Shown here piece after piece: positions 51,638-64,000 of a stretch of 64,000 bases of DNA (position 1 is its first letter; every line of letters starts with the position of its first letter). The notes under the pieces are model-generated. The model made no database searches. It saw only the letters and a list, made by a program, of their open reading frames with translations, and had not been told where the DNA came from. The stretch covers positions 7,442,001 through 7,506,000 of the forward strand of contig NC_045698.1 of the NCBI RefSeq assembly GCF_009834535.1, written 5' to 3'. Position numbers and translations under genes: made by a program. The stretch comes from Camelus ferus (Eukaryota).

Positions 51638-52116
51638 TGTTACCAAGTCCAACCTCACACCACTTACCACACAGCAAGCCAGTAAATCGAGAGTTGTTGG
51701 GGCAAAGAATAGTGACTTTATTCAGAAAGCCAGCAGCCCAAGAAGATTGCGGACTAGTGTCCCAAAGTTAGAATTCAGGATGCTTTTCTACTAAAAGGGG
51801 AGGGGGTGTGGCTGGTTGTTGCAAACTTCTTGGTGCCAGAATCCTTTGTTCTTGCAGCTGTGCATGTAAACTTGGTCACGATGTTTCTATAAGCCTCCAA
51901 GATAGGTGTTACTGTTTGTTCTCCATATGAACGGAAAAGTGTTATACCCGTATAGGTCAGAGCTGTGAGAATGGGCTCTCCTGTGTATCTCAGGCTACAG
52001 GCAACATTCTTTTACAAAAGACGCAGAGCCAGTGTGACTGAGCCCAGGCCACAGGGCACAGGGCTAGAGCTAAAGGAACAGACCCGATACGGAGTCGGGT
52101 TTGTTCTCTCCTCACA
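51638..52116 (-). mobile_element. ERV1-class solo LTR, about 200 bp downstream of exon 2
   Basis: TGTTACC start, TTTATT (minus-strand AATAAA) at about 51717, ends ...ctcaca. CAGTG flanks both ends. Confidence 0.82.
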
Positions 52117-54544
52117 GTGCAGGTTACCTACCAGTGCAGGACGCAGGGTGGGGCAGAACTAGCTCTGGAACTGCCCCAAGTCTTCGAACATGAAGCTGCA
52201 CTGGAAACCCAGCCTCTGCTGGCACCTCCTCTAGAGACTGGGGATCGGGAAGTTGCTGGTGGCTCCTTAGTGAGTGGAAGGGACACTAGTGACACTTAAT
52301 GTATGAAAGTGGACATAGTTACAAGGTAGCCTTGCATTTTGCTTGGGGATGTAAAGAAAAAGCAGGGGCTTCTTGCTGAGCATGTATCAGTTTAACAAGG
52401 CGGGGCCGTTAGTGAGAACACCTTGTAAATATGGTGTCCTTCCGCCAAAGGCGGTCACCTCCAGAGGTGGTCCTTCCACCGGCATCGCCAGCCGCACTGT
52501 TCTCCCCAGTCCTCTTCTAGAATTGATGTGAGACAGACTTTGAGTCAAGCACGAAACTTTGCTCATCCCTTCAGAGCCACATTTCATTTGTAATCGTGGG
52601 ATGAACGGAGTTTGTAACTGACCACTTTCAAAATTCCTGGCTTTCCAGGGCACATCTGCTGTATCGCGCTGCTTCTCAGTTTCCAGGAAAGAAGCTGCTT
52701 CCGACTGAATGTGGTAGAAAAGGCGCTTGTTTATTCAGGGAATGTGGGGACACATGACGATGTTGTTGAGAGTTGTTGAGACTCGGACTCAGGGCCAGGG
52801 AAGCTGCAGAAAAAGCCCCAAACCACACTGCATGCTAATTCTGGAAAGGGAACTTCTGCCGCGGCCGCCAAAGGGGGACCTCCCTGTCCTGTCTTGCATC
52901 ACAGGCTCCTGTGTCAAAGCCAGCGTGGGGGACTGACTGGGGAGCCCAGAGAAACCAGAGACGCCAGCGTCTGGCAGTTTCACCCCCGGAATGGGAAGCA
53001 GTCTGTTCACACCTGCTTTTCACTTGAGGTGCCTAAGGTGGGGAACCCCCAAACTTTGCCAGGTGTTGGGGCTGTGCTCACACATGTCTACCCCGTCAGG
53101 TTTCAGGGCATGAAGCTACCCCTCTGTGGAGGCCCCTCAGGCTTGGAAAGCCCTGGTGTACAATGTCCTGAACAGCAAAAGCGTAAAAGGATATCATGAG
53201 AGGCGTTCCGTGATCGTAGCCTCATCACTCATTGCCTCCCGCTGGCCGGGACCGGGGTGGGGAAGTGAAGGGCAGCTCTTCCTTTGGGTGATTCTCCAGC
53301 TAAATAGCCTCTGATGGGCCCTGTTGGAGAGTGCGCTGGGAGCTTCAGGGTGAGAGCACCCCATCTAGCCTGGTGGTTTGGGACAGGGATCATGGAGAAG
53401 GGGCTTGTGCTGGGTCCTGAAGTCAAAGGTGGGCTGTTCCAGCCAGCACGCTGCAAAGCCACGGGACCAAGAGGGAGCCCCGCATATCTTAGCAATGACC
53501 AAGGACTGCATGTGTCTGGGATGGGGGAGAGGTGGCCCCAGGAGGAGGCAGGGACCAGGTCACAAAGGGTGTAGATACAACACGAGGGGATGCATTTGAG
53601 TGACATGAGGTGGGTGTGTGGTGACGGGAGAGATGACCCTGGTGCGCACGGGGCAGTTGCAGAGAGGAGCAAGATGCCAATGGCCGAAAGCACAGGTCCT
53701 GGTGGTTGTGATGTGGGCGATGGAGGAGAGGTGGGTCTGGAATAGCTTTCAGCCTGCTGGTCAGGGAATGATGCTAATTCAAAGGGATAGAAACCACAGG
53801 GTGGTGGTTGGAGAAACATCGCCTTCATTTGGTCCTCAGGCCTTTGAAATGCTGAGACCTCTAAGTGAAGAGGTCTCCATGGCAGGTGGAGAGTGTGGAG
53901 CACCGACATCAGTGCCTGCCAGAATGCAGATGCTTGTTACCAGGCGTTCCTGGGCAGCAGGCGCATGGCCTGGACAAGAGCCTGTGTGTCATACTAGAGT
54001 ATGAAACTATGAGAAGAAGAGGTGACTTGCCTTACTGATTTGCCAGAGCTCTTTGCATATGTAAGGACATAACTTGTGGTTTAATACCCGAGAAGTGCTT
54101 TCTGAATTCTTGCCTCATTGATAATGTTTTTATTTTGTATTCACAATGAAAAAAAAAAACAACTTGTCTTTTGCCTACCCCCCTGCCATTTCATTTCATG
54201 TTGCAGAAGAACAGTCCAGGTAACAAGTGCAGAGTCCAGCCTGATTTTTGTCTTTGTTGATATCCTGATATTTCTTACACGTGTAAAGATCTCCTGCCTT
54301 CCCCCTCCCGCCCTGCATCCTTGACGGTGAAAAGAACCCAACCAACCAACAACCAAAAAACCTCAAACCAACGCTGCCATACGTGTCAGTTCCTTCTCTC
54401 TGTGGCTGTTTGACTTACGTTAGTCATATTTTTGCTTTAAAGGATACTTTTCTGTTATCTCTTTGAACATTGTGTCTGCCTTGTTTTTTTTTTCCTTCCT
54501 GGGGTACCAGGAAGTATAGATTAGACCTAAGATTAGATTTACAC

Positions 54545-55142
54545 CTAAAGGGGAACCCTACACCCGCATCACAACTGCTGACCCCAGGGTGTGGTGAGGG
54601 GAGGTGTGGCATTTATTGCAGGCGCCCGGCCAGGAGTCCAGGCAGCTGGTGCTCAAAAGAACTGAACTCCTCCACGGCCTTCAGGGAAAGGCTTTTACAG
54701 ACAGGGTGTGGGAGGGGCTTGTGGGGTCTGTGATCAGCCCGGGGACAGTCTTCTGATTGGTTGGTGGTGAGGTCATTGCGAGTCAACGTCATCAACTTTT
54801 TGATTCTGGGGTCTGCGTGCTTGTGGGCAGCACACAGCTACCTCCTTCTACCTGGTGGGGGTCTCAGTGTCTGCAAAACAGCTCAAAGGATGTGGCTCAG
54901 ACTATTATCTCTAGCTCTTGAGAAGGTCTTTGGCTTTGTTTAATGGCTAAACTATTGCTGTTTTGTCTTGCTTGACTGTTTTCTTTGGTTTCTGAACGTC
55001 TCTCGATTCTCTGATTAAATTTGTTCTTTGCACTCGGCTAAAGCTTTTCTACAAGCAGGCAGGTGGAGGGCGTGGAGAGGGGGTGGGTGGGGTGGGGCGT
55101 GGTCTGTCCTGGCAAGGCCCCCTGGGGTCCTGCTCGGGCGCA
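54545..55142 (-). mobile_element. ERV1-class solo LTR related to the 48461 and 50583 copies
   Basis: TTTATT at about 54612. Shares ttctgattggttggtggtgaggt with 48711 and the terminal ggtcctgctcgg..ca. Left edge approximate. Confidence 0.8.
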
Positions 55143-58100
55143 GGCGGAGTCGCCGTCACCCGCAGGCGGGTGGCCCATGTTTCAGCCCCGATCTGGGTGG
55201 CGCGCAGCTTGCTGGGCCCGGCCCCCGGGGTCTGGGTGACGGGGGTCTGGGCTTGTGCTCAGGATGCTCGCTTCAGTGAGTTCCCTGCTGATGCTGGGCT
55301 GCTGGCCTGGGGGCCTCGCTCTGAGAACTGAGGCCTTGGAGGTTCCTATGCAGGGCGGTGGTGGGTGGCCTCTCAGCGGGCAGGAGAGCTGAGGGCAGGG
55401 GTGGTTCATGGACCTGGGTGAGACGTCGTCAGAGGGACACAGAACCATCACTAAATCACAGTGAGACTAAAGGGAAGTGACTGAGCCTTTATGTACTATT
55501 TTAACCAAAGAGAAGATGTTTGGGCTTTTAGCTGGTAGAATCAAATGATGTCCCATTTTCATCCAATTCCATAAACAGTTTTATTTATTTGATGATTTCT
55601 TAATTCTTAAAGATGTCTAGCAATCTGTGCTTACCGTGAAAAATCACTACAGAGGTATCAGTGAGAAAGAAGAAGAAACATCCCATTTCACTCTCCCTAA
55701 TTCTCTCGTCCATTGAGTTCCAGCTGGTTACCGTCCCTGACCTCACTCTCTTATTTTAAGACACAGAGTGTGCACGCACCTTTTATTTACATGAATGGGA
55801 TAAATCTGTAGAGACTGTGATTTTGACTTCTTCACGCAGTAGCTCTAGGAGGCTTTTCTGTGCAGCCCGGAGCACGCGCGGTGTACCCGGTTCCCGCAGC
55901 GGCACCGCTGAGCGGTGGTGTGTTCACAGCACGCACCCCCTGCCACGCGTCCCGTAACTGAGGCAGTTCAATCAACTGTGGCTCATCTTTCTGTACAAGG
56001 TCCTCTTTTAGAAAAAATATTTATCCAGCAGTCACTTCATGTCCAAGGGCCATCCTCAGTGCTGGGTCTACAGGGCGGGGAAGAATTCTGTCTCCCAAAT
56101 TAAAAGTCTAATGCCCGCAAGTTTCTGAATGAGCCTGTTAGAGACAACACTGTCGTCAAGTCGTTTGTGTCGGGGGGGCGCGTTTCTGAAGAGGGTGCAC
56201 CCGTCAGCATCCTGGTGCAGCGGCAGGTGCACCCAGAGGGCTAGACTGAGGAGTTGGCTGGGGGACTGTGAGTGGAGGTCAGGGCAGAGCTAAGGGGTGG
56301 GCCCTGGGGTGAGAGCCCAGCAGAGGGCACCCAGGGGACCTGGGACACCCGAGCCGCAGCCCCAGGGGTGGGAGATGGATGTGGAGGCGCAGGCACACAC
56401 CCGCTCCCCTCCTGGCCGGCCCTGCTGAGCCCCCCGAGCCTTCGGGGCTGAGGAGCCCGGCAGGGGCGGTTGGTGAGGTCAGCCTCCAGGGCCGAAAGCA
56501 GGGCAGAGAAGGAAGGAGCGGAAACGCACAGACAGATTCTCAGAACTCAATTGCTCCATCAAAGGACACGCACACTTTAAATGCGCACATTTTCGCAGCC
56601 CCTGCCAAATGGCTCTTAGGAAAAGCAGTGCCAATTTACACTTCCCACTATGTTCTCAAGGGTGTTCTTGTTCGGGTAAAGGGCTTTTTTCAGTGTTTGT
56701 CAACTCAAAGTGAACTTTTCTTAGTACTTGCTGTTGTGTTTCCCTGATTTTATTGGAGCCCAGGATCTCTTATGATGCTTTTGGGTGCAGTTTCCCGAAT
56801 CCCCAACAAAACAGGCTTCAACAGTGAGGAAGCTGCCTCTTCTTGCAACACGACCTGTCTGAAGGCGACAGCTGGCGGGGGAGGGGTGCTTCATTGCGTG
56901 GCCTTGTCGTGTTCTGAGCGTCTCAGAAATGCTCTTGACCTTTCCCACATGATCCCGAGACGGCCTGGCAGCTCCAAGCACCGTGGCCTCACGTTACAGC
57001 GCAGGAGGCGCCAGGCAGGATGAGCAAATCCCTGCCTGTGTTATTTTCTGAGATGGGAAAACATTTCCAGAAGCCTCCAGCACAGATTTGTTTACATCTG
57101 CCGGGGTTGTGTCACACGTCTCGCCTCGAGCCCAAACAAGTTGCTGGTCAGGGCGGGGGAGTGACCTCAGCTGACTTGGTCGAGTCAGAATCGGACCCTG
57201 CAGAAGCTGTGTGGTTAAAGAAAAACTGTAAAGCGACCATGTATGTGTATCATTTGATACTGCAGCCGCCCAGCAGGGCTTTCTACAAGGCCCCCTCCGC
57301 ACTTGTGAGTGTAAATTCGAATGCAAATGCCTTGATCTGCCTGTGAGGTGTTCTCTAAAAAGCCTAGCCTCCCAGGGACTTACACATAATCGAGATACAG
57401 CCAAATCTGAACTCAGCCTTTACAATGGAGAGACTGTAAGAAACTAAAGCCTCAGATAATCCCTGAATCTCATTTAGCTGGTGATTTCAGCTGCTCTCAT
57501 ACGTCCCCTAAAAAAAGTAAAGTAGAAAGCAAGATAACCAAAGAAATGAACTACAAGGCCAGGGATGGCCGTTACGTGTTTACTCTCTCCATCTCTAGTT
57601 CTTCTTTAACAGAACGGCAGCAGCGAGGTGCACTGAGCACACAGCAGGGGTCCTTTTGGACTGGTGATAATATCAAGTTGGTTCGTGCCAAGTAACCTCT
57701 GGTGCAGCCTTGAAATTGCTATTCCTGGAACTTATCTTTAAAAATGCGGAGGAGATGCCCTGAGAACCAACCTGGCATTATTCACGCCACTCGCTGCTGG
57801 GGACAAAGTGGCAGTCAGGCTCCCAGGGGTGGCCGGCCGGCGCAGGCTGCCCAGACGAGTCCTGGCTCGTGGAGGATTTGGAGAGGGTCCCACTTGAGAA
57901 GAGAATGTATGACTTGGCCTGGGCCGGGGATAAACACTCTCCACTGTTCATCTTATTTTATTATTACTCCACCCGGCCAGGATTTCAGTCTGACTTCACT
58001 GTGAGGTTTATGGTTTTTTAAGAGGTGTTTTCCTTTTGCTAGGTTTCTACTGTTTCAAATAAATTAGAACTTGGCAAATCTCTGAGGTTTCCTAGCCTTG

Positions 58101-58960
58101 CCTGTTCTTGGAAACTACAGTTTTCGGAGTCTTTCTGACTAAGCACAGCAGTGCCACCTCCTCCAAGGCAGCTAGCCCTGCTCCTCCATCAGAGAGAGGA
58201 CGGCCTGCTGGACACACCCCCCTCCCCACCTGCACGTCCCCCCTCTCCTGGTTGGGGAGAATCTGTTTTCTTCTGCTGCGCTAGTGGGATTTGCTATTTC
58301 CAATCAACAGTTCCCTCTACTGGCCTGCTTTGGAGAACTACACTTTGTGTACCCGGTGTCAGAAAAATCAGGTCTTGAGACAACCCTAATTCTGTAACAT
58401 TTTCCCATTTTTAGAGCAGCTTGGGTTGATTGTCTGTTTCCTTAGATTTTTAGCCCATAATTGGTACCCAATTACATGTTGAATGAATCAGTAATTAATA
58501 ATTGTGATGTCCGTGCCATCTTAGATAATGTGGGTTATGGCTTGATAATTAGCAACCTTTTTGATAAGTGAACTTTTTTCAGGGGAGAAATAAGAATCCT
58601 TCAGTCTTTTTACTTACTATGTAATTATTGAGGTTGCAGTCAGTTGGAAGTTTTGGACTTATGAACAAGGGTCGTGAGGGTTGTGGTGGCTGTGGGAATC
58701 CACAGGCACACAGAAACGTGGACCGTGCGGCATCACGGTCCAGGTGCCTAATCCAGGCTCGGAGGGCAGATCTTCTGTTGGAAGGGATGACTCATCAGGT
58801 AGCTGGGTAAAAAGTCAAGGAAGGAAAATGGGACTAGGTCGTGCAGAGGTCACCAGATGATCCCAGAAAGCATGCTGCATGGGTAAATTAAAAAGAGAGT
58901 TGTGTGATTACAGAGTAGACTAGAAGGGCATTGGTACAAGAGCTGAGGGTGGAAAGCGGA

Positions 58961-59520
58961 TGTTGGGGAGGAAATAACCTTCCTTCTACCCCCTGGTTCC
59001 CAACTGAGACCCCTGTAATAACAGACTAACGAGAAAACCAGACGTTTATAAACACCTGTACCTCATGTAAACATGGGGGACATCTGGGAAAAACAAGTAA
59101 CTCAAGGAGGTGGCTTAGAACTCTGGCTTAAATGTCATCTTCCATGAAGAACAACAAATTTGTGGAGAAACGGCAGGATAAACAAAAGCAGTTTGAAGAG
59201 TTTTCATCACAAAGAACAAAAACCATTATTTCTTTGGGTAGCTATATGAGATGATGGATGTTTAAACTTACTGTGGTACTATTTCAAAATACACGTAACT
59301 CAAATCATTATGTTGTACACCTTAATCTTCCACAATGCTCTGTGTTAATTATACCTCAATAAAACTGGGGTAAAGTAAAAAGAAAAAGGATGTATGTCTT
59401 GCTTTTAGGCAAATGGGGAGGGAGCTTTTCTTGCATCTGCTTTTTTCAGTTGCCTTCAGCTCAAAATAATTTTTATGTCAAAGTGGCATGTTTTGGGATG
59501 GCATATTCTGCTACCCTTCA
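58961..59520 (-). mobile_element. MER34-like LTR with an inserted + strand L1 3' fragment (about 59190-59385)
   Basis: TG start. The end ttgccttcagctcaaaataat...aaagtggcatgttttgggatggcatattctgctacccttca is typical of MER34/39. The internal gttgtacaccttaa...tacctcaataaaactgg is L1. Confidence 0.78.
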
Positions 59521-59529
59521 AAGAGCAAG

Positions 59530-60510
59530 GCCAGATAAAAAGGAGATAGCTGGTAAAGAGTTGAGTCTTATATGAAATGTAGTAACCATGAAGGATTTTA
59601 GGTAGTAGCTGTGTTGATCAGAAGAGTTTCTTGCTGATAGCTTGAAGAATGAATGGAGGGGCAGAAGTGGGACCAGGGAGGACATTTAGGAGAGGGGTGG
59701 ACCCCAGTAAGGATGTGGTGGCCCAGCTCTGGGGTGGAAGTGGGGATGAAGAAACACGGACAGGTATGGAAAATATTTACCAAGTGGTCTTGGCAGAATT
59801 CACTGATACTTGGATGGGGAGGAGGTGGGGGAAGGCTGAAGAGAAAGCCCAGATTTCTGGCTTGGGTACCCTGGTGACTGGTGGGTGTTCATCACTGAAT
59901 AAAGAATGTGGGCAGGAGGAATGGGTTTGGAAGAACCATGCTTTGGATTTGATGTGTTGAGTTTGAATTGATGGTGGGTTACCCAAGATGAAATAGCCAC
60001 TAGACTGATACTTAGGTAAGAAAGTCAGGAAGAGAGACTGAGCTGGAGATAAGTGATCTGGGAATTTTAGGGTGATTCCCAGATCTATGAGAGTAGATGG
60101 GGTCACCAGGGGAGAGTGGATGGGATGAGATGGCGTAGTCACACATCTGAGGAACAGCGGCATTTCTGGAAGGAGAGAACAGGGGAACTCACAAAGAAAA
60201 CTGAAGAGTGGCCAGAGAGATAGGAAGAAACTCAGAAGGGTGGACAAGCCGGATATCTGCAGAGAGTATTTCCAAAAGGGTGGAACAGACAAGTGGGAAA
60301 TGCTATGGAGATGTCTAGTAAGATGAGAGCTGACTAGTAACCATTGAATTTTGCCACAAGGCAGTCACTGGGTCAGATGGAAGACAGTTTCAGGAGACTG
60401 TGTGTGGGGTGGGGGTGTAAGTAGCAAGAGTGAGAGTGGATGAGTCTGGAAGTTAGACTGAAAAGGAGTCAATTGATTGATGGCCGGTGGCTGGAACGCA
60501 AAGACAGGTC
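59530..60510 (-). mobile_element. L2 LINE fragment
   Basis: Purine-rich L2 text: agatttctggcttgggtaccctgg...gatgtgttgagtttga...gagctggagataagtgatctgggaat. Confidence 0.75.
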
Positions 60511-60532
60511 CACGGGGATTCTTGTTGGTCAT

Positions 60533-60897
60533 CGCAATGGACTGAATGTTTACGTTCCCCCACCCCTTCCAATCAGATGTTGACTCCCAATCCCCAAGTG
60601 ATGATATGAGGAGGTGGGGCTTTGGGGAGGTAAATAGGTCACGAGGGTGGAGCCCTCGTGAATAGAATTAGTGCTCTTGTAAAAGAGCCTCCAGAGGGTT
60701 CCATCACCCTCCACCTTGTGAGGACGCAGTGAGAAGACAGCCATCTATGAACCAGGAAGTAGACGCTCACCAGACACTGAATCTGCTGACACCTTGACCT
60801 TGAACTCTCCAATCTCCAGAACTGTGAGAAATAAATATTTGTTGTTCAAGCCGCCCAGTCAATGGCAGTTGGTTACAGCAGCCCGAGTGGACTGACA
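60533..60897 (+). mobile_element. Complete MaLR solo LTR (MLT1A0-like)
   Basis: atggactgaatgtttacgttcccc...ctccagaactgtgagaaataaatatttgttgttcaagccgcccagtc...gactgaca. 5-bp TSD GTC(A/G)T. Confidence 0.9.
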
Positions 60898-62625
60898 GTC
60901 GTATTTATTTTAAGATGGGTGGCCCTTGAGCACAGCTACCAGCCTCTTGCTGCACAGTAGCTCCCAAACTCTAGTTTAAAACGTTTCTAGTTGATATATC
61001 TGTGGCTGGGCTGGGGACCGGCGGACAGAGACTGCCTCCGCTCATGTGTCTGGGGTGAGCGGGGCCCTCCAGCTGTGGCAGCTCTGCTCTGTGTGTCCTC
61101 ACCCTCTTCTTGGGACCAGCGTGCCAGCCCGGGCATGTTCTTCTTAGGCAGACAGCTGAGGCACAAGTGTTGGAAGGAGTCCCGCCAAGTGAGTGTGTGT
61201 CAAGCTTCTGCCTGCAGACATCCTATTGGCCAACGTTCTTCTTGCAGGACTTTGAGGTCACATGGCAAAGGGCAAGGTGAAGAATTTAGACCACGAATAT
61301 AATGTGATGGGAGTGAACTAAGGGGAGAGGTTGAAAAGAAAGAGGAAGTAGCTTGTAGCACAAATATATTCCTCAGAAGTCACGGGGAATGGCTTTAAAG
61401 CCCCGGAGGGCGAGGAGAGATGGGCGTCTTTAAATAGGAGAGGAGTCACCTTCCTTTTCACTAGCATGGGTGTGGGTGACTGTGGGGGGTGATGGGGGAA
61501 AGTTGAGGGGGTTCCCTTCTTGCGGTTTCAGTTCTCTCTGTGAAGAGGGAGTTGCGTCATCTCCTGGGAGAGGGGTTTGCTGTGAGCTGGGTGACTTAAG
61601 GGTGGGAAAGTTTGAAATTTCCCACGTGGGGTTTGGAGGAGAGTGACTCAGTGGAAATCAAGGGTGGACCTGAGGCTTCTAAGAATGCATAGACATTAAC
61701 CTTTTTTCTTGAAAACCATGACAATTAACCAAAGGGTGCTTTCCTTGGCTTTGGTAACATAGGTAGATGGATAGATAGTCAAGCGTGGCTAGCATGGGTT
61801 TCTACCCCCATCGGCTCTCAGAGAAAATGCCACTGACCATCCAAAGTGAAGCCAGAACCCTGGGGCTATGGTTGTACCAGGAGTCATCGTTTTCTCTTTC
61901 TGTTACTTGGCTCGGTCAGGCAATCACCGAGGCCTGTCTGTTTATGAGTGCTTTGTGTCAGCATCTCCTCTCCATCCACCTGGCCTTCCCAGGGTCCATC
62001 CTGGCGTCCAGCCGCCATCGTCTGTGCCCACCACAGCCTCCTGGTGAGCTTCCTGCACCACTGGTGAGGTTTGTGGATGGCGTGGAGAGGCTCCACCCCC
62101 GGCAGCCAGCTGAGAATTATTGTCCCTCTGCTTCACTCTTGTCGAGTGGCCCTGTCCTGAACCTCCTTTCATGAAATACACTTTCAGTTTTAGAATAGTT
62201 CAGACTTACAAACTGCAAAGATTGTGCACAGAATCCCTGTGTTCCCCATGCCAGGCTTCCCCTGTGGTTAGGGTCTTATATTTGGAGGATACATTTGACA
62301 AAACAAACAAACCCACACTGATGCATTTTTAATATTAACTCAGGTCCATTTTTATTTGGACCTCCTCGGTTTTTTCCCAATGTCTCTCTTCTGTTCCACC
62401 ATCCCAGCTAGGATCCCACGTGATGTTGAGTTGTCATGTCCCCTTAGCTCCTCTTGGCTGTGACAGTTTCTCAGACTTTTGGGGAAAACTTGTCAGGTAG
62501 TCTGTAGAATGTCTACCTCAATCTGTGTGTGTCTCATTTTTTTAATGATTAGACTGGAGTTACAGGTTTTTCAAAGGAGGACCACAGAGGAAAGGACCAC
62601 TCTTATGACATCATATGAAGGATTT

Positions 62626-63079
62626 TGTTAAAATAAAAAGAATATCCAATGACACCTGTTACAGATGGTAAGGCAGACTTGATTCAGAATCGTTTCCATT
62701 GGTATAAGGACCATCGCAATGGGACTTTGCAGTGGATGAGAGAGACTGGGCTCAACTCTTGAATACAGCAAGGGCCAGTGGGGATTTATAGCCAACGGGC
62801 AGGGTAGGGGTCTGTGGATGGAAAATTACTAAGAGGAAACATCAGGGAGATTCTGGCCAAAGCGACCTAACAGGATTCTTGCTGAAGACAGGCCAGGGTG
62901 ATCAGATATCACCTGGGGGATGGTGGAACTGATCAGATACCAAGGGTGGAGTGTTCTGGTTAAACTGACTTATGAGCTGGGTTCTTGATAAAATGAGATT
63001 TTACCAGGAAGTGCATAGATGGGCCTGGGAGGAATTCAGGAGCCCAGCTAAAGTTTGATCGAGCAGAGAATCGTTACCA
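62626..63079 (-). mobile_element. MER31-like ERV1 LTR inserted in an old antisense L1 (about 62170-63345)
   Basis: The end gaagtgcatagatgggcctgggaggaattcaggagcccagctaaagtttgatcgagcagagaatc matches the recalled MER31. L1MC-like text lies on both sides. Confidence 0.78.
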
Positions 63080-63371
63080 GCACATGCTGTGGGCCTGCCT
63101 TATCCCTGTGGGCCTGGACCACCAGGCTGAGGTCGTGCTGGCCAGGCTTCTCTGCTGTAAGATGACTCCCCCCTCCCTCCTTCCTCCCGTCTGCTCTTTG
63201 GAAGAGGGGGTCTCTGTGCACAGCCCGGAGTTAAGGAGCGAGTTGCTGTGTTTCATCTCCTTGGGAGTAGAGCACACACCTAAATTCCTTGAAATTTTTC
63301 TGCCGGGAGATTTGTCCATCAGGCACTTTTTATACAACCCCTATCTCCTGTCATTTCCACAGTGGTGAGGT

Positions 63372-63510
63372 TGATATTATCCCCCATTTTCCAGATGAGT
63401 CAGTAGAGACTCAGTGCAGTTGACTTACCTTCCTAGGGTCACCCAGATTTTAAGTGGCGGGTTGGGAACTTGAACTTGGGAGTTCTCAGGGCCAACTCTC
63501 TTAAGTACTG
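63372..63510. mobile_element. MIR SINE (similar weak MIR pieces at about 6780-6960, 10780-10860, 13850-13990, 38210-38340)
   Basis: attatcccccattttccagatgag...agactcag...gacttaccttcctagggtcacccag is the MIR core. Confidence 0.75.
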
Positions 63511-64000
63511 AGTTCTCCATTTACACTGCCATGTAATTACTACACGGAAGCTAGTTCATCAAGAGTTAACTGATTCCCTGGGCCACTTGTGCCCTTCTCT
63601 TAGGCAGGTTACGGCTCATGGGGCTGGGGTGGGTGTTTGGGGGCTCAGTATGGTCAGCCCACACTTTAAGTCCACTCTGAGGACTTCAGGAGCCAAATCC
63701 TATTCCATAAGGTCAAAATTGGACTAGAGTCAAGCTAGATTTCAGAATGAGGCACGTTTGGGTTCTGTTACACGAGGAAGGCTATGTTCTCTCTAGTATC
63801 TGTCATCCAGCTAGCTAGCTGTCTCACTAAAGAAAAGGAAGGCTCATTTTGGTTAATTGTCACGGTTTTTAAGAAGAAAGGTTAATACCTATTCATTCTT
63901 AGCAGCGTTGGGTCCACTCTTCATTTCTGTTGAACGAGGTCGTCTGCAGAATAAGCGGTTATTCTGTCATCCTGGGAAAGACAGTGGTGCCGAGGGTGCT

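Noticed and set aside
53229..53909. 226-aa minus-strand ORF
   Set aside because: Pro/Ser-rich with no recognisable domain or splice context.
51436..64000. ANKRD33B exon 3
   Set aside because: I saw no segment encoding the expected next ankyrin repeat (recalled as ...ITNYLLNYFPGLDLE...). It probably lies beyond the window.
1..64000. Prokaryote-type systems (CRISPR arrays, operons, defence islands)
   Set aside because: The sequence is mammalian intron-rich DNA with no regularly spaced repeats or dense ORF clusters.

Overview
Mammalian genomic DNA, most likely camelid (Camelus/Vicugna/Lama), judged from nine tRNA-derived vic-1-type SINEs and a camelid-type young L1 3' end. The window holds the 5' part of one protein-coding gene on the + strand, ANKRD33B: a CpG-island promoter, coding exon 1 (ATG 4612 to donor after 4965), a 46.3 kb intron 1, exon 2 (51306-51435) and the start of intron 2. 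I did not see exon 3 in the window. The rest is intronic or upstream DNA dense in interspersed repeats (SINEs, L1, L2, MIR, ERV1/ERVL/MaLR solo LTRs, hAT and TcMar DNA transposon relics) and microsatellites. Nearly all other ORFs in the track are chance ORFs or L1 relics. I found no evidence of a new gene system. The best leads are a polyadenylated, U5-less LTR that looks L1-retroposed, a SINE carrying extra 3' sequence, a mosaic cluster of antisense LTRs around exon 2, several multi-layer nested insertions, and exact NF-kB and STAT motifs near the promoter. Repeat family names come from recalled consensus sequences, not from a search. Boundaries without a stated TSD are approximate.
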